A stretch of DNA of 51,820 nucleotides from Chiloscyllium plagiosum (taxonomy: Eukaryota). Location: NCBI RefSeq assembly GCF_004010195.1, contig NC_057722.1:62170379-62222198 (forward strand), in the 5' to 3' direction. Positions 48,350 through 51,820 of this stretch are shown one piece after another. Both the position numbers and the translations under genes were made by a program. The notes under the pieces are model-generated. The model worked only from the letters and a program-made list of their open reading frames with translations. It had not been told where the DNA came from and did not search any database. How positions within the stretch are numbered: position 1 is the first letter of the stretch; every line of letters begins with the position of its first letter.

Positions 48350-50112
48350 TCTGAGCATAATTCGAGATGCACAGCAGAAATTCATATTATGGCAGAAGCA
48401 ACATATTAATGGGAGGATGAGTTAACCATGTCTGACAAAGGATATTAGGAAGAACATAAAAGCAAAAGAAAAAGCTCTCAATCTAGTGAAGGTTAGTGGG
48501 AAGTTTGGGGATTTGAAAGCCTTTAAAAACCAGCAGAGGATAACTAGAACAGCAAAAAGGGTCATGAAGATGAAATACGAGAGTAAGCTAGTTAGTAACA
48601 TAAAAGAAGATTGCAAGAGTCTTTTTGATAAGTAAAAAGTAAAAGAGTCAATTGGACTGCTGGAACATGAGGCTGGTGAAGTAGAAATGGTGGAGAAACT
48701 GAATCAGTTCCTTTGCATCAGTTTTCAGTGGAAGATACCAGCAGCATATTAGAACTTCAAGAAAGTCAGAGGTTAGAGATGAATATCGAGGCCAGGTATA
48801 GAAGAAGGTGCTGGCGAAGAGCGGAAAAGTCTGAAGTTGGATAAATCACCAGGACTGGATGAGTTACACCCCAGAGTTCTGAAAGAAATAGCTGAGGAGG
48901 TTGTAGAAGCATTGGTAGTGATTTTTCATGAATCACTAGAGTCAGCGACGATATTAGAGGACTGGAAGATGGTAAGTGTATCACCTGTATTTAAGATGAG
49001 AGAGAGGCAGAAGAACCCGGAAGCCATCGGCCAGTTAGTCTGACCTCAGTGTTGGTAAGATTTTAACTACTGGCATGGATAAAGGATTGGCTGACTGGCA
49101 GAAGGTAAAGAGTAGGAGTGAAGGGGTCTTTTTCAGGATGGCAGCGACTAGTAGAATTTGCAGGGGTCAGTGTTTGGACCACAACTGTTAACATGATACA
49201 TTAACGATTTGGATAAAGGAACTGAGACCATTGTAGCTAAGTTTGCAGATGACACAAAATAGGTTGAGGGACAGGTAATGTTGAAGCAGGGAGGCTGGAG
49301 AAGAAATTTGGATAGGCTAGGCGAATGGGCAAAGTAGTGTCAAATGGAATACAGTGTGGCAAAGTATGAGGTAGGAAGAACAAAGATAGAGACTATTTTC
49401 TAAATGCAAAAAAGGCTTCAGAAATCTGAAGGGCAAAAGGATTGGGGAATGTGAGTTCAGGATTCTCTTAAGGTTAACACGCAAGTTCACTTGGCGGTTT
49501 GGAAGACAAATGCAATGATGGCATTCATTTTCAAGAAGACTAGAATCCAAGAGCAGGGATGTATTGCTGAAGTTGTATCAGGCTCTGGTCAGACTGCATT
49601 TGGAATATTATGAGCAGTTTTAGGATCATATCTAAGGAAAGATTTGCTGATATTGGATTGGGTCCAGAGGAGATTTACAAGAATGATCCCGGTGATGAGT
49701 GGCTGAGAATTCAAGGTTCAAACTTGATGGAGTTTAGAAGGATCAAGTGGGATCTGTTTGAAATTTACAGGATACTGAGAGGCCTGGATAGAGTGGACAC
49801 AGAGATGATGTTTGCTATAGTTGGAGAGACTATGACAGGGGGGCACATCCTTAGGTTAAAGGGATGACTCTTTAGAACTGAGATGAGGAGGAATTGCTTC
49901 AGCGAGAGGGTGGTAACACTGTGGAACTATTGCTGGAGAAGGTTGTGGAGGCCGCATCATTGAGTGCATTTTAGACATAGATAGATTCTGGATTAGTAAG
50001 GGAATCAAAGAAGAAGGCAGGAGAATGGGATTGTGAAATTTATCAGCCATGATTGAATGGCAGAGGTGACTCAATGGGCTGCATGGCTTAATTCTGCTGC
50101 TGCATCTTATGG
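48350..50112 (+). mobile_element. Old CR1 LINE ORF2 with internal deletions
   Basis: DKSPGLDELHPRVLKEIAEEVVEALVVIF; VAKFADDTK; 3' UTR ending tcttatgg. Confidence 0.88.
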
Positions 50113-51035
50113 TCAGTGTTTGGGTCCTTGCTTATCCTGAAACAGATTAATGATCTCGACTTTGAGTACAGGACACTTTTTCAAAATTTGTGGAAGATGC
50201 AAAATTTAGAATCATTTTAAAATAAAGAGGGTAATGGACAGGTTGGTGAAAGAGATGATTTGACAACAGATGAAGTTAGTAGAAATGTGATGTAGAACAT
50301 GGAGAGACAACAGAAAATAAAGGATATGTTTCTCAAGGACATGCTCAGGCAGATGGACCTTGGTGTATATATGCTTTAGTCATTAAAGGTGGCAGAATAG
50401 GTTGACAGAGTCATTAATGAAGTGTACAGTATATAAAATTTTATTAATAAAGCCTTAGATTACAAGATTATTTTAAACTTGTGTAACAGTTTGGTTTGGC
50501 CTCAACTGCAGTACCACATGCAATTCCAAGCATCAGTCTTCAAGAAATATGTCAAGATATTGGAGAGAGTGCAGAAAAGATTGAAAAGGATGATCCTGGG
50601 GATGAGAAACTTGAGTTAACTTTAAAGATTAGAGAAGTTAGGGCTGTTTCTTGGAAGAAATGAAGATTGTGAAGAGATTTGATAAAATGTATTCAAATCA
50701 TGAAGGACAGAGTAGATAGGTAAAAACTTTTCCTCCTGTTAGAAGAACCGAGACTAAAGGGACACAGATTTAAGGTGAGAAATAGCTCAATGAATCAGTG
50801 AAGATGTGAGTAGAATTTTTTTCCAAGCACTGATTGGTTTAGATCTGGAATGTGCTGCTTGAAAATAAAGAGTCAGTTTTGAAGCATTCAGGAAGGAATT
50901 GGTTGATTATTTGAACAGGGAGAATGTGCAGAATTATGGAGAACAGACCAGGATATGGCAAAAGGTGCATTGCTTATTTGGAGTCCTGGTTATAGACACA
51001 ACATGCTGAAAAGCCTCCTGTGCAACACTTTAGTG
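50113..51035 (+). mobile_element. Highly degenerate CR1 LINE fragment
   Basis: Remnants of SV(F)GP, PQLQY...LERVQKRLKRMILG and GHRFKVR. Confidence 0.65.
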
Positions 51036-51292
51036 ATTTCATGATGTTATCAGGCAAATTGCAAAGAGTGGGATGGCTGTTCCTGGAACTTAACAGGTAA
51101 TGAAATCCAACCAGGTTGCTTTTCAGGACACAGTTGTTAGAAAGAGACAATCTACAATTCATTCAGTCCTGAAACAAATATCTGATACTCAGGTGGCTTG
51201 TCAGATCAAGACTCTAACCAGTCGGAGGTCTGCGATATTTTCATCCTCTGACAGATTTCCCGACAATTCAGGACAAACTGGTTAACATTTGT

Positions 51293-51486
51293 TATAAGAC
51301 CATAAGACATAGGAGTGGAAGTAAGGCCATTCGGCCCATCGAGTACACTCCGCCATTCAATCATGGCTGATGCGCATTTCAGCTCCACTTACCAGCGTTC
51401 TCCCCGTAGCCCTTAATTCCTCTAGACAACAAGAATCTATCAATCTCGGCCTTGAAGACATTTAGCGTCCCGGCTTCCACTGCACT
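51293..51486 (-). mobile_element. Young CR1-type LINE 3' end
   Basis: AVEAGTLNVFKAEIDRFLLSRGIKGYGENAGKWS*, CpG-rich 3' UTR and (tcttatgg) tail. Confidence 0.85.
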
Positions 51487-51770
51487 AATTATTACTGGGG
51501 GTATTACTGGGGGTGGATTGTAGTTTAAAATAAAAACAAATAAATATTCATGTTGATTTTGGTGGTGGGGAGGGCATTCATTTGTGTATGATGACACTTC
51601 TGTGTAGAGAAAAAATAGGAAAAACAACCAGCCTTCAGGTCAATGGGATCCAATAAACTTCCTCTTGAGAACGGACACTTCCCTTTCTGATTGGGAACTC
51701 AGTGAAAGCTGACGTCCTCTCCCATCTCCTCAGTGTTGACCGTCCACAAGGAACCAGTTTGACAGAATCC

Positions 51771-51807
<37 letters not shown>

Positions 51808-51820
51808 CCTCCGGAAAGCC

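Noticed and set aside
51771-51806. Long poly-C run (also about 13082-13097 and 33945-33968)
   Set aside because: Simple homopolymers of unreliable length, with no further structure.

Overview
Eukaryotic, repeat-rich vertebrate DNA. The HE1-type V-SINEs, HER1/CR1 LINE tails (ctctatga)n and Deu-domain SINEs point to a shark or ray (inference). None of the long ORFs in the supplied track is a genuine gene. Reading splice sites by hand gives the 5' part of a + strand, zonadhesin-like secreted MAM-domain gene: a TATA/Inr promoter near 15.2 kb and five phase-compatible coding exons (15312-15385, 21877/21880-21932, 26132-26281, 29142-29404, 31906-31993). These encode a signal peptide, a short linker and one complete MAM domain; no further exon was identified in the window. 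The rest is CR1/L2/Tx1 LINE debris, SINEs, two G-rich minisatellites (25-bp unit at about 4.1-6.45 kb; 28-bp unit at about 34.5-48.3 kb) and many Penelope-like (PLE) fragments carrying minimal type I hammerhead ribozyme motifs. The most unusual structures are a TSD-flanked, nested, palindromic hammerhead element that carries a copy of neighbouring intron DNA (16670-17652), a ~460-bp local inverted duplication (22.3/24.4 kb) and a fold-back inversion inside the 28-bp array. There are three assembly gaps. I found no evidence for a wholly new multi-gene system. Repeat boundaries are approximate and family names are from recognition, not database searches.
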